From contig JBBRIC010000001.1 of the NCBI GenBank assembly GCA_038221665.1, positions 620 through 64,619 of the forward strand: a DNA stretch of 64,000 bases. The letters are read 5' to 3'. The translations under genes and the position numbers were made by a program. Below are positions 49,159 through 60,300 of this stretch, one piece after another. Below the pieces are notes generated by a model. That model ran no database searches, was not told where the DNA came from, and was given only the letters and a program-made list of their open reading frames with translations. The number at the start of each line of letters is the position of its first letter. Position 1 is the first letter of the stretch. The DNA comes from Sphingomonadales bacterium. Lineage in GTDB: Bacteria > Pseudomonadota > Alphaproteobacteria > Sphingomonadales > Sphingomonadaceae.

Positions 49159-49734
49159 TCAGTTACTCAGCACTACCCGCTGCACCGCCAGCCAGGTTTC
49201 CCTGCGGCCACGCCCGGTTTCTATGACGATATCGGCAAGCGCGCGCTTTTGACGGTCGGGCATTTGGGTTTTGAGGATCGCGGCAAATTTTTCCCGCGTC
49301 ATGCCGGGCCTTGCCAACACCCGGGCGCGCTGGACGCGCAATGGCGCGCTGACGACGATGCTAAGATCGCAGCGCCGCCAGCCGCCCTTTTCAAACAGCA
49401 AGGGCACGTCAAGAATGACCGCTGGCTTGCGGCGATGTCGGCCCAGAAAGCGCGATTGCGCCTCGGCAACCAGCGGGTGCAGGATCGCCTCAAGCTGCAA
49501 CAGCGCCGCCGGATTGCCAAATACCACGGCACCCAGCCGCTCCCGATGCAGCCCGCCGGCGTGGGTGGTGCCCGGAAAGGCCGCCTCGATGGCGATGAGC
49601 GCGCTGCCGCCGGGGCCCTGCACCTCGCGCACCGCTGCATCAGCATCAAAGACTGGCACACCCGATTTTTCAAACATTGCCGCCACGGTGGATTTGCCCA
49701 TGCCGATCGAACCCGTCAGGCCGATGATAATCAT
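49159..49734 (-). CDS. coaE: Dephospho-CoA kinase
   Basis: IIGLTGSIGMGKST P-loop, about 190 aa. Confidence 0.9.
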   Translation of the reverse strand: MIIIGLTGSIGMGKSTVAAMFEKSGVPVFDADAAVREVQGPGGSALIAIEAAFPGTTHAGGLHRERLGAVVFGNPAALLQLEAILHPLVAEAQSRFLGRHRRKPAVILDVPLLFEKGGWRRCDLSIVVSAPLRVQRARVLARPGMTREKFAAILKTQMPDRQKRALADIVIETGRGRRETWLAVQRVVLSN

Positions 49735-50558
49735 GCCAGCAGCAACTGACGCAGTTCGGCGTCGCGATGGCGCGGCGCGGCGGCATGAAAAAACAGCTGA
49801 AAACCAAGGTCCGCCTGACCGATCAACATGGTCAGGCCATCGACCGGCTGGCGAGCAAGCGCCGCCGCCGCCGCAAGCAACGGCGTTTTGAGCGGCGCAT
49901 AGACCATGTCGAAAACCAGCGCCCGTGGGGCTGTCAGCAGCAGGGCGTCGATGATATCACGCGGCATCGCCGGCTGCCCGATCATGCCCAAAGGGCTGGC
50001 ATTGATGATGGTGCTGGCGCCGCGCAAGGCGACATCGGCATCGATGAAACCGAATACCCGCCCGGCCATGCCAAATTCAGCCAGCAATGCCACGCCCTTG
50101 TCCGGTTGCCGCACGATCAGCCGCAGATCGCCGACCCCGGCGCGATCAAGCGCGAACAGCGCCGCGCGAGCCGCACCGCCGGCACCGATCAGACACGTGC
50201 TATGCGGTTCGCGATCGGGGAGCTGCAGCGCTTCCGCTATGCCTTCGACATCGGAGTTTTCGCCGCTGAGACCGCTGGCGGTGCGATAGATGCAATTGGC
50301 GGCGCCGACCATTGCGGCCGTTGTCAACAGGCTGTCGAGCAGCGGCAAAGCTGCGATTTTATGGGGAATGGTGGCGTTGCAGCCGCGCCACGCCGGATCT
50401 TGACGACGGTTTTCGATATAGGCCGGCAAATCTTCGGGCGCGATGCGGGTGGCGCGATAATCCCCTGCCATGCCAAGCGCCTGCAGCCAGAAACGCTGGA
50501 TCAACGGCGATTTCGATTGGCTAACCGGATCACCAATCACTTCGGCGTAGGGGATCAT
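49731..50558 (-). CDS. aroE: Shikimate dehydrogenase
   Basis: GDPVSQSKSPLIQ, NATIPHK and LIGAGGAARA motifs. ATG 50558. Confidence 0.9.
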   Translation of the reverse strand: MIPYAEVIGDPVSQSKSPLIQRFWLQALGMAGDYRATRIAPEDLPAYIENRRQDPAWRGCNATIPHKIAALPLLDSLLTTAAMVGAANCIYRTASGLSGENSDVEGIAEALQLPDREPHSTCLIGAGGAARAALFALDRAGVGDLRLIVRQPDKGVALLAEFGMAGRVFGFIDADVALRGASTIINASPLGMIGQPAMPRDIIDALLLTAPRALVFDMVYAPLKTPLLAAAAALARQPVDGLTMLIGQADLGFQLFFHAAAPRHRDAELRQLLLA

Positions 50559-51142
50559 GTCAAAAGGACACCGCGCACCCGCAGATAGTCGAGGATGGCA
50601 AGCAGGGGAAAGCCGCGGATGACGAAATGATCGCCGGTGATGCGGGTAAAAAGCTGGGCGCCAAGACCTTCGATCCGGTAACAGCCAACGCAACCGAGCA
50701 CTGCCTCGCGCTCGCGATCAAGATAGTTGCTGAGAAAATCGTCCGACAATGATCGCATGGTCAGTGTTGCGATGCCATTCGCGCGCCAGACCGGGGCGCC
50801 AGCCTCTGCCATCACTGCCGCCGATATGAGACGATGGGTGGTGCCTGAAAGCTGGCGCAATTGGGCAAAGGCCTGTTCAGGGGTTTCCGGCTTGGCCAGC
50901 AACTGGCCATCCGATGCCACCGCGACTGTATCGGCACCAAGCACCAGACCGGGATGGGCGCGCGCGATCTTGACAGCCTTTAATTCTGCCAGCGCATCGG
51001 CAATGGCTTCGGGACTGGCGCTCGCCGCCATCAAGGCAGCACTGACGGCCACCTCATCGATGTGCGCCGGCAGCGCCCGATGCGCGACACCGGCAGCGGT
51101 CAGCATGGCGCGACGCGCCGGACTCTGGCTGGCTAAAATCAT
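50555..51142 (-). CDS. maf: Maf-like nucleoside triphosphate pyrophosphatase
   Basis: ILASQSPARRAML, GADTVV and GCVGCYRIEG motifs. ATG 51142. Confidence 0.88.
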   Translation of the reverse strand: MILASQSPARRAMLTAAGVAHRALPAHIDEVAVSAALMAASASPEAIADALAELKAVKIARAHPGLVLGADTVAVASDGQLLAKPETPEQAFAQLRQLSGTTHRLISAAVMAEAGAPVWRANGIATLTMRSLSDDFLSNYLDREREAVLGCVGCYRIEGLGAQLFTRITGDHFVIRGFPLLAILDYLRVRGVLLT

Positions 51143-51152
51143 TTGGCCAGAA

Positions 51153-51989
51153 TCATTTAGCACTGGCCCGGTCGGCCCGGGCCTGCACCAGATTGATGAT
51201 GGCGGCGGCGGTCTCTTCGATCGATCGGCGCGTGACATCGATCACCGGAATATCATGATCGGCGAACATGCGCCGGGCAAAAGCCACTTCGCTTTCGATG
51301 CGGCCGATGTCGACATAGTCCGTATCGGGCGACTGGCCGAGGCTGAGCAGGCGATTGCGCCGGATCATCATCAGCCGGTCGGGCGCTGTCGTCAGACCGA
51401 CGACCAGCGGCCGCTGCAATTTGAACAGGGATTGCGGCAGCGGCAATTGCGGGACGATCGGGATATTGGCAGTTTTATAGCCGCGATTGGCGAGATAGAT
51501 CGACGTAGGGGTTTTAGAGGTGCGCGAGACGCCGGCAACAACGATGTCGGCTTCCTCCCAATCATCATGGCCGGCGCCATCGTCATGGACCATTGTATAG
51601 TTTATCGCATCGACGCGCTGGAAATAGGCCTGATCCATGACATGTTGCCGCCCCGGCCGCCGTGTCGCCACCTGGTTGAGCAGTTGCGACAAGGCACCGA
51701 TCGTGGGATCCAGCGGCGAGACAAAGGGCAGACCCAGATTGGCACAGCGTTGTTCCAGTCGTTCGCGAACACCGCCATCGACCAACGTGTAAATGATCAG
51801 CCCGGGCTTGCGGGCGATTTCTTCGAGCACACGATCGAGATGGCCTTCGGAGCGCACCATCGGCCAGAAATGCTTGCGCGACTCAACCCCTTCGAACCGC
51901 GCCAGGCTCGCCTTGGCTATCGATTCGAGTGTTTCGCCGGTTGAATCGCTGAGCAGATGCAGGTGCAACAGCGCTTTTGGAACCGTCAT
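51153..51989 (-). CDS. Pyruvate,phosphate dikinase / PEP synthase regulatory kinase-pyrophosphorylase (DUF299)
   Basis: LHLLSDSTGETLE and VAGVSRTSKTPTSIYLANRGYKTANIPIV. Confidence 0.88.
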   Translation of the reverse strand: MTVPKALLHLHLLSDSTGETLESIAKASLARFEGVESRKHFWPMVRSEGHLDRVLEEIARKPGLIIYTLVDGGVRERLEQRCANLGLPFVSPLDPTIGALSQLLNQVATRRPGRQHVMDQAYFQRVDAINYTMVHDDGAGHDDWEEADIVVAGVSRTSKTPTSIYLANRGYKTANIPIVPQLPLPQSLFKLQRPLVVGLTTAPDRLMMIRRNRLLSLGQSPDTDYVDIGRIESEVAFARRMFADHDIPVIDVTRRSIEETAAAIINLVQARADRASAK

Positions 51990-52393
51990 CGCCGCACCTC
52001 GGCCAGCAACAGTGCATATTTTCGGCGCAAAAGGCTGGGGATAAGCATGAGCTTAAAATGTTAGGCAGGCGCAAGGCCTGTGGGCAAGTGCCAATTGCCG
52101 GAAATTCGCGCCCTCGTGCACGCGCTGGCACTCTCCCCGTCCACCGGTTGAAAACTGTCACCGCCAGCCTGTGAACAATGGGGACAGGTTGATCGACTCG
52201 CCAGCAATCATCCGGTTCGCAGCGGCATCGCTGTGGATGGATCGGGGCGCGGCATTTAATCCCGGTTGTTCGCTGCCTCTACAGCTTTCTACATTTTACA
52301 TGAGTCTATGGATTGATAGGAGGCCGGGGTGTTGCATTGCACAGGCCTTGACCCGGCTTGGCGGCGGCTGGAAAAAACGCCATGGACATTCCC
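51990..52393. other. Probable chromosomal replication origin (oriC, Cori-type)
   Basis: A gap of about 400 bp between divergent DUF299-maf-aroE-coaE-dnaQ and hemE, the gene order that flanks Caulobacter Cori. DnaA-box-like 9-mers: TGGGGATAA at 52036-52044 (8/9 to TGTGGATAA), TGTGAACAA at 52170-52178 (7/9), TGTGGATGG at 52232-52240 (7/9). AT-rich stretch 52283-52318. GANTC sites at 52195 and 52302. Confidence 0.6.
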
Positions 52394-53440
52394 ATGACTC
52401 CTATCGATCGTCCCCCTTCCGATCCGCCCCTGCTCGCCGTGCTGAAGGGCGAACGCCGCGATCCACCGCCGGTCTGGCTGATGCGTCAGGCAGGGCGTTA
52501 TCTGCCCGAATATCGCGCCTTGCGAGCCGAAAAAGGCGGCTTTCTGGAGCTGGTCTATGACAGCGATGCCGCCGCCGAGATCACCCTGCAGCCGATCCGG
52601 CGCTTTGGCATGGATGGCGCCATCCTGTTTTCCGATATTCTGATCGTGCCGCATGCCATGGGACAGGGTCTGAGTTTTGGCGTCGGCGAGGGGCCGCAAC
52701 TGACGCCGGCGCTGCTGGAGGGGCGGCTGGATGGTCTGGTGCCGCAGCCGCACTATCTTGATAAAATCTACGCCACGGTTGCCAAGGTAAAGGCCCAATT
52801 GGCGCCCGATGTCACCATGCTGGGCTTTGCCGGCGCCCCCTGGACGGTTGCGACCTATATGGTTGCCGGCCATGGCAGCAAGGATCAATCCGAAACGCGG
52901 CGGCTGGCCTATCGCAACCCCGAACAATTCCAGCAGCTGATCGATCGGATCGTTGCTGTAACGGTCGATTATCTGTCGGGCCAGATCAACGCCGGCGCGC
53001 AGGCGGTGCAATTGTTCGATAGCTGGGCGGGGACATTGTCGCCGGCGCAATTTGAACGCTGGGTCATCGCGCCGACGATCGATATTGTCGGCCGCCTGAT
53101 GCTGCGCCATCCCGATGTGCCGATCATCGGCTTTCCCAAAGGTGCCGGCGCAAAGCTCGCAGCCTATGCGGCAGAGACCGGCGTCGATGCCATTGGCCTT
53201 GACGAAACCATCGATCCCGGCTGGGCCGATGCCATGCTGCCGCCCGGCATGCCGGTACAGGGCAATCTCGACCCGCTGGCATTGATAACCGGCGGCGAAG
53301 CGCTGACAACGGCAGTGACCCGTATTCGGAGCGCCTTTGACAGCCGGCCGCATGTTTTTAATCTGGGCCATGGCATTTTGCCCGATGCACCGATTGCGCA
53401 TGTCGAACAACTGCTGGCGCTGCTGCGCAAACCGCTTTGA
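52394..53440 (+). CDS. hemE: Uroporphyrinogen decarboxylase
   Basis: PPVWLMRQAGRYLPEY and FDSWAG motifs, about 348 aa. Start ATG 52394 (alternatives 52358 and 52382). Confidence 0.94.
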   Translation: MTPIDRPPSDPPLLAVLKGERRDPPPVWLMRQAGRYLPEYRALRAEKGGFLELVYDSDAAAEITLQPIRRFGMDGAILFSDILIVPHAMGQGLSFGVGEGPQLTPALLEGRLDGLVPQPHYLDKIYATVAKVKAQLAPDVTMLGFAGAPWTVATYMVAGHGSKDQSETRRLAYRNPEQFQQLIDRIVAVTVDYLSGQINAGAQAVQLFDSWAGTLSPAQFERWVIAPTIDIVGRLMLRHPDVPIIGFPKGAGAKLAAYAAETGVDAIGLDETIDPGWADAMLPPGMPVQGNLDPLALITGGEALTTAVTRIRSAFDSRPHVFNLGHGILPDAPIAHVEQLLALLRKPL

Positions 53441-53892
53441 TGGGGATGGACGCAGCGGTCGGCTGGCTCGGCGATGGCTACCCCTGGGTCAAGGCCGTGC
53501 ACGTCATTTTCGTGATTTTCTGGATGGCGGGGTTGTTCATGCTGCCGCGGTTTCTGGTCTATTGGCATCAGGTACCGACAGGCTCGGCTGACAATCAGCT
53601 GTGGAGCGAGCGCTGCCAACGGTTGAAGCGCATCATTCTCAACCCTGGCCTCATCATCGTCTGGGTCTTGGGCATCGCGCTCGGGTTTCAGCTTGGCTGG
53701 CCGCTCTGGCTCTGGGCCAAGCTGCTGGTGGTGCTTGGCCTCTCGGGCTTTCACGGCTGGCTGATCGGCGTGACGAACAAATTCACCAACGGCCAGCGCC
53801 CTTATGCCGAAAAAACCCTGCGCCTGGCCAATGAGATCCCGTCGCTGGCGACGATCGCCATCATCATCCTTGTCATCGTCAAACCATTTTAG
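53437..53892 (+). CDS. hemJ: Protoporphyrinogen IX oxidase HemJ
   Basis: WVKAVHVIFVIFWMAGLFMLPRFLVY signature and four TM segments. The start overlaps the hemE stop. The TAG stop at 53890-53892 is the first 3 nt of MITE copy 3. Confidence 0.88.
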   Translation: MMGMDAAVGWLGDGYPWVKAVHVIFVIFWMAGLFMLPRFLVYWHQVPTGSADNQLWSERCQRLKRIILNPGLIIVWVLGIALGFQLGWPLWLWAKLLVVLGLSGFHGWLIGVTNKFTNGQRPYAEKTLRLANEIPSLATIAIIILVIVKPF

Positions 53893-54080
53893 AGCGTGAT
53901 GACATCAGGTCGGATTGCCAGGACGGTGTTGATTTTGGTGCGTGGCAAGGAGCGCGGAAAGCAGCGATGCAGCGCATCGCTGCCGACATTTGACGCCGCC
54001 ATGCGCCAAAAGCAACACCGCCCCGCAGGGGTTGCCCACAGGGCAATCATGGTGATGCTACCTGATGTCATCATGCTTTA
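53890..54080. mobile_element. MITE copy 3 (191 bp)
   Basis: Ends TAGAGCGTGATGACATCAGG ... CCTGATGTCATCATGCTTTA. The internal sequence is nearly identical to copy 1. Confidence 0.85.
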
Positions 54081-54123
54081 GAGGGCATAGAAATATCGTC
54101 GAGAGTGTTTTTTTGCTATTTCA

Positions 54124-54235
54124 AGCGCCTCCGGCGGGCAGGGCCGGTAGGCCCTGCACCCAATCGATTCGATTGCCCCTGTCGCTGAAATATTTGGTCC
54201 AACCGGCCAAATTGGGTGCAGGACCTCAGAAACTG
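54124..54235 (+). repeat. Double-hairpin intergenic repeat, family 2, copy C (expanded second hairpin)
   Basis: GCGCCTCCGGCGGGCAGGGCC-GGTA-GGCCCTGC, then a perfect 12-bp inverted repeat CCTGCACCCAAT ... ATTGGGTGCAGG around a spacer of about 46 nt. Confidence 0.65.
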
Positions 54236-54338
54236 CCCACCGGTGGCTCTCAGACGTTGCCATTCGCTGCCGAATGCAGCACGAGGCCTCTTGTAGCTGC
54301 GATCTGCTGTGCAGTTTTTTTAGATTTCCGGTTTAACC

Positions 54339-57300
54339 TCAATTCGACATCGACAGCGGGATTATCAGATCGATGCGATGCTTGCCTTGGGTGATGTCCC
54401 ATTCGATAGCGCCTTCGACAATCGACAGCGTCACCCCGTCCAGTGTCGCCGCCCCTGTCGCCACCCCTGTCGCCGCGCGGCGAACGTTAATCGCATATTC
54501 GCTGTTGCCGAGCCTCAGCGTCAGGTCGATTTCCGGCCATTCGGCCGGCAGACAAGGCGCCAGACGTAACCGTTGGCCTCGCCTGCGCAGTCCGATGATG
54601 CCTTCGATACCGGCCCGGAACATCCATCCGGCCGCGCCGGTGTACCAGGTCCAGCCGCCGCGCCCGACATTTGGCGCCACCGAATAGACATCGGCTGCGA
54701 CGACATAGGGCTCTACCCGGTAGTGCATCGCTGCCCCGGCGGTGCGGGCGTGATTGATGGGGTTGAGCAGATCGAACAAATCGACCGCCCCGTCGCCATC
54801 GCCCATGCGCGCCGACGCCAGGATCGTCCACATCGCGGCATGACTATATTGCCCGCCATTTTCGCGCAGACCCGGCGGGTAGCTGCGGATATAGCCTGGG
54901 TCGTGTGCCGTTGAATCGAATGGCGGGGTGAACAGCTTCACCAGTCGTGCGTCGCGATCAACGAGATGCCGGCGCATCGAAGCCATCGCAATGGTCTGGC
55001 GCTCGGGCAGCCCGGCGCCGCTCAGCACCGCCCAGGTCTGCGCGATCGAATCGATCCGGCACTCGTCACTGTCCTTCGATCCGAGCCAGGTGCCAGCGTC
55101 AGAAGTGGCGCGCCGATACCATTCGCCGTCCCATGCCACGGCTTCGATCGCAATTGCCAATCCGGCTGCATGCGCCCGCCAGCGCGCTGCGCGTGCGGGT
55201 TCGCGTGCCGCAGCGATCGGCGCAAAGCGCTCGATAGCGTGGATGAGATGCCAGCCAAGCCAGACGCTCATGCCCTCGCCGCCCTCGCCGACACGGTTCA
55301 TGCCGTCGTTCCAGTCCCCGCCGCCGATCAGCGGCAGCCCCAGCGCCCCGGCCATCGCGATCGACTGGTCAAGCGCCAGGGCGCAATGTTCGTAAAGCGA
55401 CGGTGCGTCGCTGCTCGTTCCCGGCAGGAAAAACGCATCATGCTCGCCCGGCGCCAGCAACGGCCCTTCAAGAAACGCGATCGGCGTTTCCAGAATTGTG
55501 GCGTCCCCCGTGACATCGACATAATCGGCGACCGAAATTGCCAGCCAGCCGCGATCGTCGGAGATGCGCGTGCGCACCCCACGGCCGCTTTCGGGCAGCC
55601 ACCAATGCTGGACATCGCCTTCACGAAACTGTCGCCCCGCCGCGCGCAACAGGTGCGGCCGCACCAGATCGGGCCGCGGCAACAGCAGCGCCCCGCCATC
55701 CTGGAGCTGGTCGCGAAAGCCATAGGCGCCGCTGGCCTGATAAAAGCCCGCACGGCCCCACACCCGGCAACCGAGCACCTGATACAACAGCCAGCCGTTG
55801 AGCATGATGTCCATGGCGCGATCGGGCGTCCGCACCTCGACGGTGCCAAGGGTTGCGCGCCAATGCGCATCGGTTCTGGCCAGTTCGGCATCCAGGTCCC
55901 GTGACCGCCAATCAAGCACCAGCGCCCGCGCCGCCTCGCGGTCGACAGCCTGGCCGATGATCCAGACGATCTCGCACGCTGCACCCGCCGCCAGCGTCAC
56001 CTCGGTTGCAAGCGCAGCGCACGGATCGATCCCGGCCCCGCAGGCCCCTGAAAGCGGCACATCGTGCTGCAGCGCCGCCGGCGCCGCCATGCTGCCACCG
56101 CGCCCCAGAAATGCCGCGCGGTCGCAGGTCCAGCTCGTCTGGCGGCCATCAAGATCGGCAAAGGCGATTCGTGATCCGGTTTCGGCGTTGAAAGGATTGC
56201 GCGCGAACAGCGCGCCTGTCTCGCTGTCGTGCTCGGTGACGATATGCGCCGCCGTGGTGGCGCGCGCCTGGCCAAGCACCCATTCGGCATAGCCCGTTAC
56301 CGACAGCGCGCGGGGTACATCCGACAGGTTGCGCAGCGTCAATCGGGCCAGTCGCAGCGGCGCGTCCAGCGGCACATGGACAAGCAGGTCGGTCTCGATC
56401 TCATGGGCGACGCCATGATAGCGGCTATAGCCAAAGCCGTGCCGCGCGATCCGGGCGCCGCCTACCGTTCTTGCGGCCCCGGCCGGCGCGGCTGTCGGCG
56501 ACCAGACATGCCCCGCATCCCGGCAGCGGATATAAAGCGCATCCCCCGATGGATCGGCGACACTATCGTTCGACCAGGGCGTCAGCTGGTTTTCACGGGC
56601 ATTCAACGACCAGATTGCGCCTAAACCGTCGGCGCTGGCCTGGCAGCCGAAATCGGGGTTGGCGATGACATTGATCCACGGCGCCGGTGTGGTTTCGCGG
56701 CCATGGAGGATCATCGCATATTCGCGGCCATTGGCGTGAAAGCCGCCAAAGCCGTTCCAGAATTCGAGCGATTCCTGCCGGGGCAGGTCGGGGTCCGCTG
56801 GCCGCCCGGCCCGTGGTGGCGCTGGCGCGCGCGCTTCCGGGGCGGCCGCTGGCGTCGCTGCCTCCAGCAAGTCCAATCGCTGCAACTGCCGGCGCAGGCT
56901 GCCGCGTTGCGCCAGCAATTCCACCCGTGCCAGCGCCCTGAGGGTTGCCACCTGTTGTTCGAGCATCAGGTCGCTGCGCAGCCGGAACACCGCGCCGCGT
57001 ACGCCCGGCGGCGCCGGGCGCGCCCGTACCACCCGCACCGCATCATCGATGGCATTCTGCAAATCCTGGATATACGAGGCCTTGCGCTCGTTCAGGATGA
57101 CGAGGTCGAACGCCAGATACCGGGCCTGCAAGAATTCAAAGGCGCGCAGCATGTCGTCCACAAAGCCGATATCGCGCGGGTCGTCGATACGCAGGATGAC
57201 GATCGGCACATCCCCCGAAATGCCGTGCACCCATAGCGCCGATTGCGGGCCCGCCGCCGCTGCGACAATTTCGGGCGGCGGCGCCAAGACGGTGCCGGCA

Positions 57301-60300
57301 TTGACGATATGCCCCGCGAGCTGTTGAAAATCCGCTGCATCGCCCGCTTCGAGCCCCAGAAATCGCTGCTCGATCTGCGCCTGTGTCCATGCCCCGACCT
57401 GGGCACGATCATAGGCACTGGGATCGCGATGGCGTCCGACCGCGTCGAGCAGCGCGGCGCGCGTGGCGGCAGCGATCGTCCAGAACGCCACCTTGACGGT
57501 CCCGCCCGGCGGCACCAGCACCGGCGCGCGCAGGACCAGCATCGGGTCGAGCACCGTGCCGGCATGTCCCGCCAGCGTCCCCTCAAGGCCGATCGGATCG
57601 GCGGTGGATCGGCCGCGCCCGATAAAGGCGCTCCGATCGGTTTCCCAGGCGATCGGCGCGGTGCTCGTCCCTTCGATTACCGCCAGATGCGCCACCCAGA
57701 TCGCCGGATCATCGGGCCCTCGCGGTCGCCGGTGCGCGATCAGCACGCCATCGGGCATCGCCTCGGTTGCAATGAACATCCGCGCAAACGCCGGATGCGC
57801 GATATCGGTCGCTTGCGCGCCCAATGTCAGCTCGATCGCCGAGGTCAAGGCGATCCGTCGCGCGCTGCTGCCCCGGTTGGCCAGCGACACCCGCCGCACT
57901 TCGGCGTCGTCTTCGGGGGAGATCAGGACCTCGGTCGTCGTTGTCAACGTGCCGTCGCTGCGATGAAACTCGGCGCGCCCTTCGGCAAAGATCGCCGTGT
58001 AATCGCTCGGCTGCGGCCCCAGCGGCGCCAGCGTCGCGCTCCATGATTGTCGCGCCGCCTCATCGGTCACATAAATCCACGACCCATGGCCATGGACCAC
58101 CGGGTCTTCGCGCCAGCGGTTGATCGACAAGCCCTGCCAGCTGCTGCGTCCCGATCCGGCGCTGGTCAGCAGCACCGAATAACGGCCGTTCGACAATAAA
58201 TGCACTGGCGGCACCGCTTCCGCCCGAGTGCCATAGCTGCGGCTCGTCCCCGTTGGCGGGGGCCGGTCGGTCGCTGCAAGCACGGCTTCCTCGGCACGCG
58301 GATTGAACGTGCCAACGCCGCGCGGGGGGCGTTCGTGGAGCAGCAGCGCCGTCGCCCTGATCATCGGTTCGGCATGAAAGGCGTCCCGCAACCGGCCACC
58401 ATCGAGCATGTTGCAAATCGCCAGCAATGCCATCCCCTGATGATGCGCCATATAACTGCGCACGACGGCATGGCGAGCTCCAGCGGGCAGGCGCGCCGGG
58501 GTGAAATCGATCGCTTCGTAAAACCCGAATTCCCCGCGGCCGCCGATCGATTCCAGTCGATCAAGGTTGGCCAGCGCCGCCGCCGCATCCACCATGGTCG
58601 CCAGCCCCGTCGCATAGGGCGCGATCACGAGATTGTCCGAAAGCCCGCGCTTCAGACCAAGCCCGGGCACGCCGAAATTGGAATATTGGTACGTTTGTTC
58701 GGGATCCCGGGCATTATAGCCCGATTCCGAAATTCCCCATGGCACATCCGCAGCCCGTGCATAGTCGCGTTGCCGGTCGACGACGAGCCGGTTGGATATC
58801 TCCAACAGGCTGCCGTCGGGGGCCCGCATCACCAGCGACGGCATCAGATATTCAAACATCGATCCCGACCATGAGATCAAGACCGACGCATCGGCCACCG
58901 CCGTCGCGCTGCGGCCCAGCCGCGACCAGTGCTTCGCCTTGATATCGCCCTTGGCAATCGCGAACAGGCTGGCCAGCCGGGCTTCGGACGCGAGCAGATC
59001 ATAACAGCTCTCGTCACGGCGATTGTCGGCCTCCGACCAACCGATCGACAGCAGCTGGCGTTCGGGATCGACAAGAAACGCAAAATCCATCGCCATCGCC
59101 ATCGCCCGGGCCGTCGTCGCCAACAGGCCTGCCCGCGCAACGCTGTCTGCATCGGTCCAATCCGCCAGCATGTTGGCCAGCGCGATCAGATGCCCCGCCA
59201 GATTGCCGCTATCGACCGCCGATACATAGGGCGGATCGAGCACCCGCAGATCGCGGGTATCATACCAATTGTAGAAATGCCCGCGATGCTTCGCCAGCCG
59301 CGCCAGTGTTGCAAAGCTCGCTTCGAGCCGGTCGAGCGCCGCCGTCGGTTCCAGCCAGCCGCGTTCGCGCGCTGTCGCCACGACAAGCAAATACAGCCCG
59401 ATGTTGGTCGGCGACGTGCGCCCGGCGACCACCGGCACCGGCACCTCCTGCATATTATCGGGCGGCAGATGATTATGTTCGGCAGTGACATGCGTTGTGA
59501 AGAACGCAAAAGTCTGCCGCGCCACCGCGTCGAAGCGTGCCCGTTCGGCGGTGTCCAGCTGCGGCGCCGTCGCAACCGGTTGGGGTCGGCTCAACCACCA
59601 GGCCACGGCCGGGGCCGCCAGCCACGCCAGCAGCAGCGGCCAGAGCAGCGGCCATATATTTGCATCACGCCAAAGCGCCAGCGTCGCCGCCAACAGCATC
59701 AGCCCCACCGATTGGCCCATGAAGCGGTACAGCTGCCATATGTTCCGGTCGGGCCCCGCGCTCGCCGAAGCCGCCGTCGTCCATTCGAGCAACCGTCGCC
59801 GTTGCACCAGCCGCACCAGCGTCCGCGTGATCGCATCGATCATCCGCACGGCCTGGTCGGCGACCATCACCAGCTGCATTGCGACATGGCTGAATGCCGT
59901 CCGCACATCGCCGGCGATGTCCCGCAGATGGGCCTTTAACGCCACATTGCGCCGGCGCGGCGCCAGGAACAGCGATGGCAGCGGCAGCAGCGGCGGGATG
60001 GCGATGATGACCAGCAAGGCGATCGTCCACGCCACCCCCGTCGCCAGCGGCATGAACCAGCCGCTGGCCAGCGCCACCACGATTGCTGGCGCCGCCATCG
60101 ACCGCCGCAGATTGTCGAGCATTTTGGCGCGCCCGGTCCCCGGTAGCCGCTCTGCTTCGTTTGCCCTGCGCCCAAAAATCCAGGGCAGCAGCTGCCAGTC
60201 ACCGCGTACCCAGCGATGCTGGCGGCGCGCCGCGGCATCATAGCGTGTCGGAAAATCTTCGACCAGTTCGACATCGGAGATCAGCCCGGCGCGAACGAAA

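Noticed and set aside
52053-52069. CtrA-type sites (TTAA-N7-TTAA) in the putative origin.
   Set aside because: Only half-sites were found: TTAA followed by a non-matching second half at 52053, and TTAA-N7-TGTT at about 52256. There is no full site, so no CtrA regulation is claimed.
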